Below are positions 39,787 to 49,182 of a DNA stretch of 64,000 bases, one piece after another. The notes under the pieces were generated by a model. That model did not search any database and was not told where the DNA came from. It saw only the letters and a list, made by a program, of their open reading frames with translations. Made by a program: the position numbers and the translations under genes. Every line of letters starts with the position of its first letter. The first letter of the stretch is position 1. This stretch comes from Planctomycetota bacterium (GTDB lineage: Bacteria; Planctomycetota; UBA1135; UBA2386): NCBI GenBank assembly GCA_965228735.1, contig OZ245838.1, positions 2,912,001-2,976,000 of the forward strand, read 5' to 3'.

Positions 39787-41850
39787 TCAGCGCCGCAGCC
39801 GCAGGCTCGCGAGGATCCGGTCGATCGCGCGCTGGGCGCTCGGTGGCGCTTCGTGGCTCTCGAGCAGGTTGGTGGTGATGTGCAGAACGCAAACGTCGCG
39901 CACTGTCGGAACCGCGAACAGGTCGTGGCGAACGGTGAACCCCTCGTCGACCGAGGTCAACCGCCGCCCGGTCCGCTCGCTGCCGGCAAACTCGATCGTG
40001 ACATCCCCCCGTTCGATCGTCGCCCCCGTCGCAGTCTCGGTCGTCGCGAGCTCCTCGAACCGACGGGCGAGCAGCCCGACCGCCTCGTGGACCGCATGCC
40101 GCTCGATCGTCAGCGTGCACTCCTCGCCTTCGATCATCCACGACCGAACGGCGTCCTCCTCCCAGAAGTAGAACGCGAACTCGCGCGGGTAATCGAGCAC
40201 GAGACTGCCGGCGCGCAAGCGACGCTGCGGTCCGGCCTCGACCCGCAGAGCGAGCTCGCCGGCATCGACCGGAACCCGAACGAGCTCGCCGAGTTCGATC
40301 TCGCGCGCCTCACCGGCGACCTCGAGCACGAGTTGCAGCGGCGGCTCACGCCGGTCCTCGTAGGTCTCGAAGTCCAGCACGCGCATCGACACGTCGAGCG
40401 CTCCGACCCACGACAGATCGCGCTCCCCTTCGCTGAGTTTGATGTGTCCCGCATCGACGTAGACCTGGTTCCAGGTCGGGTCCACCGCGACCCAGCTCGC
40501 GCCATCGTGGACCTCGGCCCAGGCGTGCCCCCAGAACTTCGGCCCGTCGCCGGCCGAATAGACCAGCCCCGTGACCGGGCGCGCCGGAATGCCCGCCGCT
40601 CGGGCGAGCGCGACGAACAGCTGGGCGAACTCCGAGCAATCGCCGCTCTCGTTCGCCAGCACATCGAGGGCGTTGTCGGCGTTGTGCACCTTGCTGTACG
40701 CGAGGTTGTCGTAGACCCACTGCTGCAGGCGCGACGCCTTCCTCAACGCGCCGTCGTCGGCCCCGGCGATCTGCGTCGCCAACGCATTCATCTTCGGGTC
40801 CGCGGCCGGCAGCTGCTGCGTGCTCGCGAGGTAGCGTTCCCGGTCGGCGGCCGATAGCGGCGCGGAGTGCGGCTCGATCGGGCCGTTTCGCACCTCCAGG
40901 CGAACCGCGTCGGGCGCCGTGACCGTGACGCGCTGCTGGGATGACGTCGGGAAGCGATCGCAGCCCGCCCCGCTCACCTCGAGCGTCAGCACGGCCAGGT
41001 TCGTCGGATCCCCGAGCGACTTGTCGACCGGGACCGCAATTGCAAGCAGCGTGTCGACGCGCGCGATCGTCGCGCGGTCCTTCGCCGTCGCCTCGTCCTC
41101 ACGCCGGACCTCCATGCCGAGCCCGAGCCCCATGCTGATCACGAGTCCGCTCGACTCCAGCCGGGCACGAAGCGGCGCGCCATCGACCGTCAGCGTGATG
41201 CGATGAACCGTTTGCTCGTCGCCGCCCAGGTCGAACAGCTCGGGACCGAGATACTCGTAGGATCGCCGTTGATCCACGTCGTCGCGCTCCCAGTCCGTCT
41301 CCCAGGTCGCGAACTCGTCGCCGCGCTGTCGGGGCGCACTCAGCCAGCGCGAGAGCCGCACCTGCTCGGCCAGGTTCTCCTTGGGCACCGGCACCTGGCG
41401 CAGCGTTCCGTCCACGCCAGGACTCCGGCGCGTGACCGCCATCCGATCGCCCGAACGCGTCACCGTGATCCGGGTCGTACGGCCCTGCTCGGTCACGCTC
41501 TCCTCGGCCCATTCGATGTTGCCGGGCCACAGCAAGGCGAAGTCCGTCACGCTGCTCACTCGCGTGGTGACGACGTCACCGCCGACCAGCTCGTACATCT
41601 CCACGGTCTCGGTAAGGCGATGGACCGGGCGGCCTCGCGGCGAGACGATCGCGCGCTCCTGGACCACCCAGCCAACCTTCTGATCGCGCAGGTACATGGC
41701 AAAGGCGATGCGCCCGGAGCGGGCCTCGGCGAACTCTCTCAGGTCGACGCGCTCCACCGCCGCGCCGGTCACGGGCGGCGCCTCGGTCTGGGGCAATGCC
41801 GCGTGGACCAGCGCGAGGGCGGCGAGGATGACTGCGAACGAGAATCGCAT
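39787..41850 (-). CDS. Secreted transglutaminase-like protein
   Basis: Signal peptide; Cys-His-Asp triad in GDCSEFA, GHAWAEV and VDPTW. Confidence 0.88.
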   Translation of the reverse strand: MRFSFAVILAALALVHAALPQTEAPPVTGAAVERVDLREFAEARSGRIAFAMYLRDQKVGWVVQERAIVSPRGRPVHRLTETVEMYELVGGDVVTTRVSSVTDFALLWPGNIEWAEESVTEQGRTTRITVTRSGDRMAVTRRSPGVDGTLRQVPVPKENLAEQVRLSRWLSAPRQRGDEFATWETDWERDDVDQRRSYEYLGPELFDLGGDEQTVHRITLTVDGAPLRARLESSGLVISMGLGLGMEVRREDEATAKDRATIARVDTLLAIAVPVDKSLGDPTNLAVLTLEVSGAGCDRFPTSSQQRVTVTAPDAVRLEVRNGPIEPHSAPLSAADRERYLASTQQLPAADPKMNALATQIAGADDGALRKASRLQQWVYDNLAYSKVHNADNALDVLANESGDCSEFAQLFVALARAAGIPARPVTGLVYSAGDGPKFWGHAWAEVHDGASWVAVDPTWNQVYVDAGHIKLSEGERDLSWVGALDVSMRVLDFETYEDRREPPLQLVLEVAGEAREIELGELVRVPVDAGELALRVEAGPQRRLRAGSLVLDYPREFAFYFWEEDAVRSWMIEGEECTLTIERHAVHEAVGLLARRFEELATTETATGATIERGDVTIEFAGSERTGRRLTSVDEGFTVRHDLFAVPTVRDVCVLHITTNLLESHEAPPSAQRAIDRILASLRLRR

Positions 41851-41941
41851 GCGTGGAGGTTCCCCGACGAGCCCCGGGGGTCAAGACGGGAGCCCGACCC
41901 TACCGCCCTGCGAGCCGCGCAGGCTGCGCCCCGAAACGAGA

Positions 41942-41973
41942 AACGCCACCGACACGAGCGTGTCGGTGGCGTT
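41942..41973 (-). terminator. Intrinsic terminator-like hairpin
   Basis: AACGCCACCGACACG / CGTGTCGGTGGCGTT perfect inverted repeat 45 nt after the upstream stop; TTT follows on the minus strand. Confidence 0.75.
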
Positions 41974-42018
41974 CTCCACGGCAATCACGGGGCGAGTCCC
42001 GTGAATCCGATCACCGGA

Positions 42019-43686
42019 TCAGTAGAGGCAGATCTCGTCGATCGCGATGTCGCCCGTGAACGTCCCGCCAGCCACGTAGTGGAACTGGAACTGGACGTTG
42101 CCGGTCGCCGGCGCCGTGAACGGCAGGTTGACGAGGTTCCACTCGCCGGCCACCGGGCCGGTGAACGTCGCGAGGACGGTCGGGAACGTGCCCGTGCCGT
42201 CGCCCATGCGAACCTCGAGGGTGCCGATCGAGGCACCGACGCGGCTGAGATCGAACTTCAGGTTGCTGATCCCGGCGGCCGAGTAGACGGCGCTGTCCAT
42301 GATGAACGTCGCCGTACCGCCCGAGCCGCTGGTCTCGCAGTACATGTAGTTCGCAGTGGCGTTGGCACCGGTGTTCGGGCCGGTGGCCGTCGAGGTCGTG
42401 CCGCCCGAGTCACAGGTCCAGGCGGTGCCGCCCGCACCCGTGGCCCAGCCGAGCGGGTAGCTGCCGAGACCGTTCGCCACGGCCTCGAAGTCTTCCGAGA
42501 TGCTGCACGTCGCGTTGAAGCGGCGGAACAGGTTGATCGTCTCGCCGGTCGCGAGCGCCGGGATCGGCGAGAGCGTCGGCTCGAGCGTCAGACCCTGGAT
42601 GCGGATGCCTTCGGCAAACCCGAAGAAGCCGGCCGGGACCTGGAAGCTGTGCTGGTTGCCCACGATGTACGGGGGCAGGATGACCTCGGCGCCCGGGTGG
42701 CCGGACAGCGTGTTCAGCTGGTTGAAGCCCGGCAGACCCGGGGTCACGCCGGTCGGCGTCTGGCCGTTGGCGAAGTTGGCGACGACCGCGCAGATGACGG
42801 CCGTGCTGCTGCCAGCACCCATCTCCCAGCGGAGGAAATCACCGTCGTCGAACTCGACCAACGGGCCCGCGCCCAGCGTGCCGGTGTTCAGCGTCGGCTC
42901 GGCGACCGCCGTCAGGACGGCCGGCTGCGGCGAGTTGGGGTCGACGTTGAAGGCGACGATCGTGTCCTGACCCGTCGCGCATACGTAGACGATGTTGTTG
43001 ACGAACGCGAGGCCTTCACCCGTGCCGAAGCCGTAGAAGGCCGTCCCCGGGATCGAGCCGATTTCGACGAACGAGGCGTCGTAGTTGCGGATGCTGTCGG
43101 TGCCGCTGTCGTACACCCAGAAGGTATTGGTGTTGACGTCGTGGGCGATGCCATCGAGCGAGCTCCCGTTGACCGGGTAGGTCATCACGTGCACCGGCGG
43201 GGTGACGTTGAGGTCGTACTCTTCGATCTCCGACGCCGTGCCGTCGACGACGTAGAGGTGGTTGTTGATGAGGCTCCAGGCCACACCCTCGGGGAAGGTC
43301 GTCTCGGTCGCGACCGGGATGCTGGAGATGTACACGCCAGCGGTGTCGTAGATGTCGACGTCGTCGTCGGTCGTGTCGGTCACGTAGACGTTCGTGACGT
43401 CACGCGTGATGCCGATCGGGCTGCCCGTGTTGGGCGCAACCGAGATCGTCGGACCCGTTGAGATGCCCGTCGAACCATTGACGGTATCCCAGGTGTCGTT
43501 GGCGAGATCGACGACGTAGATGTCGGGGCCGACACCCGCGATGCTGGTCGAGTCGAGACCGACCGGCGTGGTGGCGTTGGCAGGAGCCGGGAAGCTGAAG
43601 AGGACGGCGCCGTACTGCTGCGCAGAGGCGGCCGAGGTGACGAGACCAGCGGCGAGGCTGGCGAGGGCAAGCGAACGGATTTGCAT
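42019..43686 (-). CDS. Secreted beta-propeller protein with C-terminal MAM-like domain
   Basis: Signal peptide ending ASAQ; propeller repeats (PEGVAW, YVVDG); TSTATGP...YMYCETS...GDIAIDEI. Confidence 0.8.
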   Translation of the reverse strand: MQIRSLALASLAAGLVTSAASAQQYGAVLFSFPAPANATTPVGLDSTSIAGVGPDIYVVDLANDTWDTVNGSTGISTGPTISVAPNTGSPIGITRDVTNVYVTDTTDDDVDIYDTAGVYISSIPVATETTFPEGVAWSLINNHLYVVDGTASEIEEYDLNVTPPVHVMTYPVNGSSLDGIAHDVNTNTFWVYDSGTDSIRNYDASFVEIGSIPGTAFYGFGTGEGLAFVNNIVYVCATGQDTIVAFNVDPNSPQPAVLTAVAEPTLNTGTLGAGPLVEFDDGDFLRWEMGAGSSTAVICAVVANFANGQTPTGVTPGLPGFNQLNTLSGHPGAEVILPPYIVGNQHSFQVPAGFFGFAEGIRIQGLTLEPTLSPIPALATGETINLFRRFNATCSISEDFEAVANGLGSYPLGWATGAGGTAWTCDSGGTTSTATGPNTGANATANYMYCETSGSGGTATFIMDSAVYSAAGISNLKFDLSRVGASIGTLEVRMGDGTGTFPTVLATFTGPVAGEWNLVNLPFTAPATGNVQFQFHYVAGGTFTGDIAIDEICLY

Positions 43687-43918
43687 GAACCTGATGCTGG
43701 GTTGGGAAACAGAGCTGAGATTGCGCTCCTGGGGGGAGCAGGAGCGCGGTGAACCATACAACGCTGTTACCGGTTGTGTGAGACCCTGGGACACGCGCGA
43801 TCTGCCCGTGTTTCGGCGTAGCGCGCAGGCGGCACGGTGAGCCGACAGCGAGATCGTCCGTCCGACTCGACAGGAACGGGTTGGTGTCGACGCCGCTCAC
43901 CGCGAGACTGTCCCCCTG

Positions 43919-45871
43919 ATGCCGACACGACCGTTCTCGTGCCCGCCCTGGTGTGCCGCAATCGCGATCTGCGCCATCGCGCTCACCGCGTACTGGGCGA
44001 CGATGCCGGACACCGTCACGCTCGAGGACTCCGGCAGCTTCCTCGTGAGCGCGTATCACTTCGGGATTCCGCATCCGCCGGGGTATCCGACCTACACGGC
44101 GCTGGCCGCCCTGGTGAGCAGCTGCGTCGCCCCGGACCACGTCGCCACCGCCGTGCACGGACTGAGCGCGACGTGCGCCGCACTCGCGAGCGTTGCGCTG
44201 TATGCGGTCGCGCGCATGATCGGCATCGCACCGGGTTTCGCGATGGTCTCGGGCCTGCTGTTCGCCCTGTCCCCCGGCCTCTGGTCCCAGGCGATCGTCG
44301 CCGAGGTCTACACGCTCAACGCCGCGTTCACGTTCGGGCTGATCGCACTCGCGCTGCGCTACCGGGAGCGCGGCGGGCGGCAACGCGCCGTCTGGTTCGC
44401 GTTCGTCTTCGGGCTGAGCCTCACGAACCAGTGGCCACTCATCGCGCTCGCGTCACCGTGCCTGCTGCTGCTCGTCTGGCCGCGCCGACGGGAACTGCTG
44501 CGTGCGCTGCCGCTGATGGGCATCGCGGTCCTGCTCGGGCTGCTGCCCTACGGCTTGATGCTCGCCCGCTCGCACGCCGATCCGTTGGTCAGCTTCTCGG
44601 GACCGATCGAGGATCTCTGGGCGTTCGTCAGCCGACGGGACTACGCCGCGGTCGAGAACAGTCCGAGTGCCGGCATCGCGGACAAGTTGCAGTTCCAGTG
44701 GTTCCTCGGTCGTGAGTTCGTCGCGCAACACTCGTGGCTCGGGCTCGCGCTCGCCGTGGTCGGATGCGTGACACTCTGGCGCAGCGCCGCGCGGCCGGTC
44801 ACGGTCGCACTGGTCTGCGGTTGGGCCGGCACCTCGACCGTGCTGTTCGCGCTGCTCAACCTCGACTACTCGTTCGCTGCCGAAGCGGTCTACCGGACCT
44901 ATCCGTTGCCTGCGTTCGGCATCGGAGCGCTGTGGATCGGAGCCGGGCTGGCCGCGATCTCGACGAAGCTCCGACGTGGCGTGGTCGTGAGCTCCGTCCT
45001 CGCCGCGATCACGCTCGGCTGGGTCGGTTGGACCGGTCTGCAGCGCAACGATTGCCGCACACTCGACTATGCCGAGGACTACGCGACGACGGTCCTGGCA
45101 ACGGTCAAGTCGAATGCCGTGGTCTTCACGACCGGCGACACCAACCTCGGACCGCTCGCGTTCGCCCACCACGTCCTCGGCGTCCGCCCGGACATCACGC
45201 TGATGAACGCCGAGGGCTACGTCTTCCGCAACCGGTTGTTCGCCCCCACGACCCCGCGCGAGCAGAAGCGCGCGATCATCCGCGAGTTCATCGCGACCAC
45301 CGAGCGACCCGTCTACTTCATGGCGCCGTACGATCACGGCTTCGGCATGATCGACTTCGGCCTCTATCACGAGGTCCTGCGGGACAACGAACGTCAGCAG
45401 GTCGCGATGCACCAGAAGATCCGGGCGTTCCTGGACCGCGCTCTCGAGCTCGACGACCGCGGCGATCCCGGGCTGATCGCGCATCGTGCCACGCTGATCC
45501 GGCGGCAAGCGTCGGTCCTCGCGCGCATCGGAGCTGGCTCGAGAGACGCGGACACCACGCGGCGAGTCAACCAGGACCTGCACCGGCTCGCGACGTCGTT
45601 CTTCGGACAACTCGGCGCCATCGAGGGCGCCCTGGGCCAGGGGGAGCCAACCCTGATCGGCAAGTGGATCGACGCGGCCGCAGAACTCGCGGGGACGAGC
45701 CCGGTGGTGTCGAAGCGCGAACGGGCGCGGCTGCACGAACTGCGTGGCCACCTGCGCCTGCGCGAGAACGACCGCGCGGGCGCGCAGGTCGCGTTCCAAC
45801 GGGCGTTCGACGAATGGCCCAACCCGCGCAACCCGGCGGCGACGCTGCTCATCGAGACCCTGCGGAAGTGA
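43919..45871 (+). CDS. DUF2723 / TMEM260-like protein O-mannosyltransferase
   Basis: EDSGSF...GIPHPPGYP, WSQAIVAEVYTLN and GDTNLGPL...GVRPDI; C-terminal TPR-like helices. Confidence 0.85.
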   Translation: MPTRPFSCPPWCAAIAICAIALTAYWATMPDTVTLEDSGSFLVSAYHFGIPHPPGYPTYTALAALVSSCVAPDHVATAVHGLSATCAALASVALYAVARMIGIAPGFAMVSGLLFALSPGLWSQAIVAEVYTLNAAFTFGLIALALRYRERGGRQRAVWFAFVFGLSLTNQWPLIALASPCLLLLVWPRRRELLRALPLMGIAVLLGLLPYGLMLARSHADPLVSFSGPIEDLWAFVSRRDYAAVENSPSAGIADKLQFQWFLGREFVAQHSWLGLALAVVGCVTLWRSAARPVTVALVCGWAGTSTVLFALLNLDYSFAAEAVYRTYPLPAFGIGALWIGAGLAAISTKLRRGVVVSSVLAAITLGWVGWTGLQRNDCRTLDYAEDYATTVLATVKSNAVVFTTGDTNLGPLAFAHHVLGVRPDITLMNAEGYVFRNRLFAPTTPREQKRAIIREFIATTERPVYFMAPYDHGFGMIDFGLYHEVLRDNERQQVAMHQKIRAFLDRALELDDRGDPGLIAHRATLIRRQASVLARIGAGSRDADTTRRVNQDLHRLATSFFGQLGAIEGALGQGEPTLIGKWIDAAAELAGTSPVVSKRERARLHELRGHLRLRENDRAGAQVAFQRAFDEWPNPRNPAATLLIETLRK

Positions 45872-45879
45872 CTGCGACC

Positions 45880-47574
45880 ATGCCCTGCCCCCGTCTTGCC
45901 GTGTTCTCGTTGGTGCTTCTCTCGGCGTTCGGCTGCCGGACCGCGGACCGGCGCACCGAGCCGATCACGGGCGATCTCGTCGCCCGACTCGTCGCCTGGA
46001 ACGACGCCGCGATGCCCGCGCGGCTCGCGCGCCAGCAGCGGGATCGCTCGGCGAGCTCGTTCGGCGGCATCCGCGCCAGCAACGGGCTCTACCACGCGGG
46101 CGCGGCCTCGGGCTTCGTCCGCGATCTCGCGGCCGCCTACGTGTCGCCGGCGAGCCGCTACGCGGGCAGCGGCGAACTGCTCGCCGCGATCGACGACGCC
46201 GCGACGTTCCTGCTCCGTTCGCAGCACGACGACGGCACGATCGACCTCATCACGACGAACTTCCACTCACCGCCCGACACGGGGTTCGTGCTCGAGTGGG
46301 TGTGCACCGCGGCGACCGTGCTGCAGCAGGCGAACGACGCCGCCGTCGAGCCCGTGCTGCAGAAGCTCCTGACGTTCATCCGCCGCGGCGCGGACGCGCT
46401 CGCGGTCGGCGGCATTCACACGCCCAACCACCGCTGGGTCGTCTGCATGGCGCTCGCGCGCGCCAACGCGCTCCTCGAGGACCCGCGCTACGTCGAGCGC
46501 GTCGACACGTGGCTCGCGGAGAACATCGACATCGACCCCGACGGCCAGTTCACCGAACGCAGCACGTCGATCTACTCGCCGCTCACGAACCGCTGCCTCA
46601 TCACCGTCGCGCGCCTGCTCGACCGACCCGCGCTGCTCGACGCCGTGCGCCGCAACCTCGAGATGTCGCTCTACTACATGCACAAGGGCGGCCAGATCGC
46701 GACGGAGGGCTCACGCCGCCAGGACCAGTACAAAAGCAGCACGATGCTGCGCTACTACTACCCCTACCGCTACTTCGCGCTGCACGACGGCGACGCGCGC
46801 TTCGCGGCGGTCGTGCGGCAGATCGAGCGCCGTGAGCCTCAACGACTGACCGGCCAACTCGCGTTCTTCCTCGAGTCGCCGGAGCTCGCGGACCCGCTGC
46901 CGAGGAGCGGCGAACTGCCGACCGACTACGAACGTCACTTCCCGCACTCCGACCTCGTGCGGATCCGGCGCGACGACCTCAGCGCGACGATCCTCGCGGA
47001 CAACCCGACGTTCTGCAGTCTGCACATCGGCAGCGCGGCGGTCGCGATGCGCTTCGCGTCGGCGTTCTTCGGCAAGGGCCAATTCGTCGGCGGAGAACTG
47101 CACGAGGATGGTGACGCCTGGGTCATGCACCAGGACCTCACGGGGCCCTACTACCAGCCGATCGACGCGACGCTGCGGCGGCCGGACGGCGACTGGCATC
47201 GGATGCCGCGGGACCAACGCCCGCAGAGCGAGGTGCAGCACCTGCGATCGACGGTCCGCATCCGCGAACGGGACGGCGGCCTCGACGTCGAACTCGAACT
47301 CACGGGCACCGAGGGGGTGCCCGTCGCGATCGAGCTCGCGTGCCCGGCCGAAACGACGATCGCAGGCGCTCTCCCGGTCGACGGCGACCCCGAACGCCTC
47401 CTGCTGCCGGACGCCGCCACGCTCTCGATCGGCGACGATCGCATTCGCGTGCGGGGCGGCCAGGTCGAGCACGAGTGGGTCGACATCCGCGGCGCCCTGC
47501 CCAAGGTCCCGGGCCGCAGCATCTACGTGACGGGGTTCACGCCGCTGCGCCGCACGCTGGAGTTCCGGCGATGA
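45880..47574 (+). CDS. Lipoprotein, alpha/alpha-toroid plus beta-sandwich (heparinase/lyase-like) hypothetical
   Basis: Lipobox AFGC; GGIHTPNHRW, IDIDPDGQFTERS and SRRQD. Confidence 0.7.
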   Translation: MPCPRLAVFSLVLLSAFGCRTADRRTEPITGDLVARLVAWNDAAMPARLARQQRDRSASSFGGIRASNGLYHAGAASGFVRDLAAAYVSPASRYAGSGELLAAIDDAATFLLRSQHDDGTIDLITTNFHSPPDTGFVLEWVCTAATVLQQANDAAVEPVLQKLLTFIRRGADALAVGGIHTPNHRWVVCMALARANALLEDPRYVERVDTWLAENIDIDPDGQFTERSTSIYSPLTNRCLITVARLLDRPALLDAVRRNLEMSLYYMHKGGQIATEGSRRQDQYKSSTMLRYYYPYRYFALHDGDARFAAVVRQIERREPQRLTGQLAFFLESPELADPLPRSGELPTDYERHFPHSDLVRIRRDDLSATILADNPTFCSLHIGSAAVAMRFASAFFGKGQFVGGELHEDGDAWVMHQDLTGPYYQPIDATLRRPDGDWHRMPRDQRPQSEVQHLRSTVRIRERDGGLDVELELTGTEGVPVAIELACPAETTIAGALPVDGDPERLLLPDAATLSIGDDRIRVRGGQVEHEWVDIRGALPKVPGRSIYVTGFTPLRRTLEFRR

Positions 47575-48593
47575 AGGTCGGCGCGACGATCGCCTTCGGC
47601 CTGGGGCTCCCGTTCGCCGGCTGCGCGATGCAGAACGGCGCCGACGCGCGGGCCCTCACGATTCACGAGTCCACGGCGGCGATCGTGATCCGCTGCGGTG
47701 ACGCGCACGTGCTGACGTATCACAAGACCGAAGTGCCGCCACCGACCGGTGCGTCGGCGCTCTATCGCCGTTCCGGGTTCATCCACCCGCTCACGGCGCC
47801 AGGCGGCGATCCCGTGACCGGGATGCACCCGCGCGATCACCACCACCACCTCGGCCTCTGGCACGCGTGGGTGAAGACGCAGCACCGCGGCCGCGCCGTC
47901 GACTTCTGGAACCTCGGCAAGGGCGAGGGCACGGTGCGCTACGCGGCGACCGAGAGCCTCCGGCGCGGAGCGGCCGGCGTCGGCTTCACGGTCACGCAAC
48001 ACCACGTCGCGCTGGCGACCGAGGCGCGCGCCGAGGAGACCGTGCTCACGGAGACGTTCTCGATCGACGTCGCGGTGCATCCGAACGGGCACTACCTCGT
48101 CGACTACGTCGCGGAGCAGATGAACGTGACGGATGCGCCGCTGCAGCTGCCGGCGTATCGCTACGGCGGCGGCATCGCCTACCGCGGCCCCGCGCACTGG
48201 CAAGCGGACAACAGCGCGTATCTGACGTCCGCGGGCCGCGGCCGCGCGGACGGCCACACGACCCGCGCGCGCTGGTGTCTGCTGTCGGGCGCGACCGAGC
48301 CGGCCGCCGACGACCGGCCCACGTCCGATTCGGCCGCCCCCGATTCGAGCAGCGCCGCGGTCGCGATCCTCGGCGACCCACGAAACCACGACGCCCCCCA
48401 ACGCCAGCGCATCTGGCCCGCGACCGCGAACAACGGCGGCGCGGTGTTCTTCAACTTCGTGCCGACCCAGGAAACCGCCTGGGCGCTCGAACCCGGGGTG
48501 CCGCAGACCATGCGCTACCGCCTCGTCGTCGCGAACGGCACGCCGACTCCCGCGCAGGTCGATCGCTGGTTCGCGGAATACGCCCGGCGATGA
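47571..48593 (+). CDS. DUF6807 ('PmoA'-named family) lipoprotein
   Basis: Lipobox FAGC; RSGFIHPL, PRDHHHHLGLW and YRYGG; ATGA overlap with the upstream gene. Confidence 0.8.
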   Translation: MKVGATIAFGLGLPFAGCAMQNGADARALTIHESTAAIVIRCGDAHVLTYHKTEVPPPTGASALYRRSGFIHPLTAPGGDPVTGMHPRDHHHHLGLWHAWVKTQHRGRAVDFWNLGKGEGTVRYAATESLRRGAAGVGFTVTQHHVALATEARAEETVLTETFSIDVAVHPNGHYLVDYVAEQMNVTDAPLQLPAYRYGGGIAYRGPAHWQADNSAYLTSAGRGRADGHTTRARWCLLSGATEPAADDRPTSDSAAPDSSSAAVAILGDPRNHDAPQRQRIWPATANNGGAVFFNFVPTQETAWALEPGVPQTMRYRLVVANGTPTPAQVDRWFAEYARR

Positions 48594-48660
48594 CGCGCCT
48601 CACCGGAATCGCCCCCGGATTCCATGAATAGCATCGGTCGCCGCGGGCGACTGTAGGTCG

Positions 48661-49182
48661 ATGCCCCGCGCCATGGCGCCAACCGAAGCCGATCCCACCT
48701 CCGAACCACCGGAGTGGGTCGGACACCACCATGCCGCCATCTGGCGCTACCTCTGCATGTTGGGCGCCAGGCCCGACGAAGCAGACGACCTCGCGCAGGA
48801 GACGATGCTCATCGGCTGCGCGAGTCCAGCACCCGACGAGGAACGCGCCGCAGCGTTCCTGCGGGGAGTCGCGCGCAACGTCTGGCTGCGATCGCGCCGT
48901 TGGTGGCAACGCCGGCGTGAGCGCGAGATCGCGATGGCAGTCGAAGAACTGTGGATCGCGTCAGCCGAGAAGAGCGCCGGAGACGACCTGCTCCGGCGGC
49001 TGACGGAGTGCCTCGAGACGCTGCAACCCAGGGCGCGACGGGCGCTCGAACTGCACTACCAAGACGGTCTGCCCTGGCGGGACGCTGCGCGCCTACTGGG
49101 GCTGCGCGAAAACGGCACGAAGACCCTGGTGCAACGCGCCCGGCGCGCGCTGCGCGAATGCATCGAACGGAGAACGACATGA
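48661..49182 (+). CDS. ECF sigma factor
   Basis: EADDLAQE, AFLRGVARN and GTKTLVQRARRALRECIERR. Confidence 0.9.
   Translation: MPRAMAPTEADPTSEPPEWVGHHHAAIWRYLCMLGARPDEADDLAQETMLIGCASPAPDEERAAAFLRGVARNVWLRSRRWWQRRREREIAMAVEELWIASAEKSAGDDLLRRLTECLETLQPRARRALELHYQDGLPWRDAARLLGLRENGTKTLVQRARRALRECIERRTT

Noticed and set aside
47571..48593. Methane monooxygenase subunit PmoA
   Set aside because: The family name is misleading. This is a soluble lipoprotein, not multi-TM, and there is no pmoB or pmoC.
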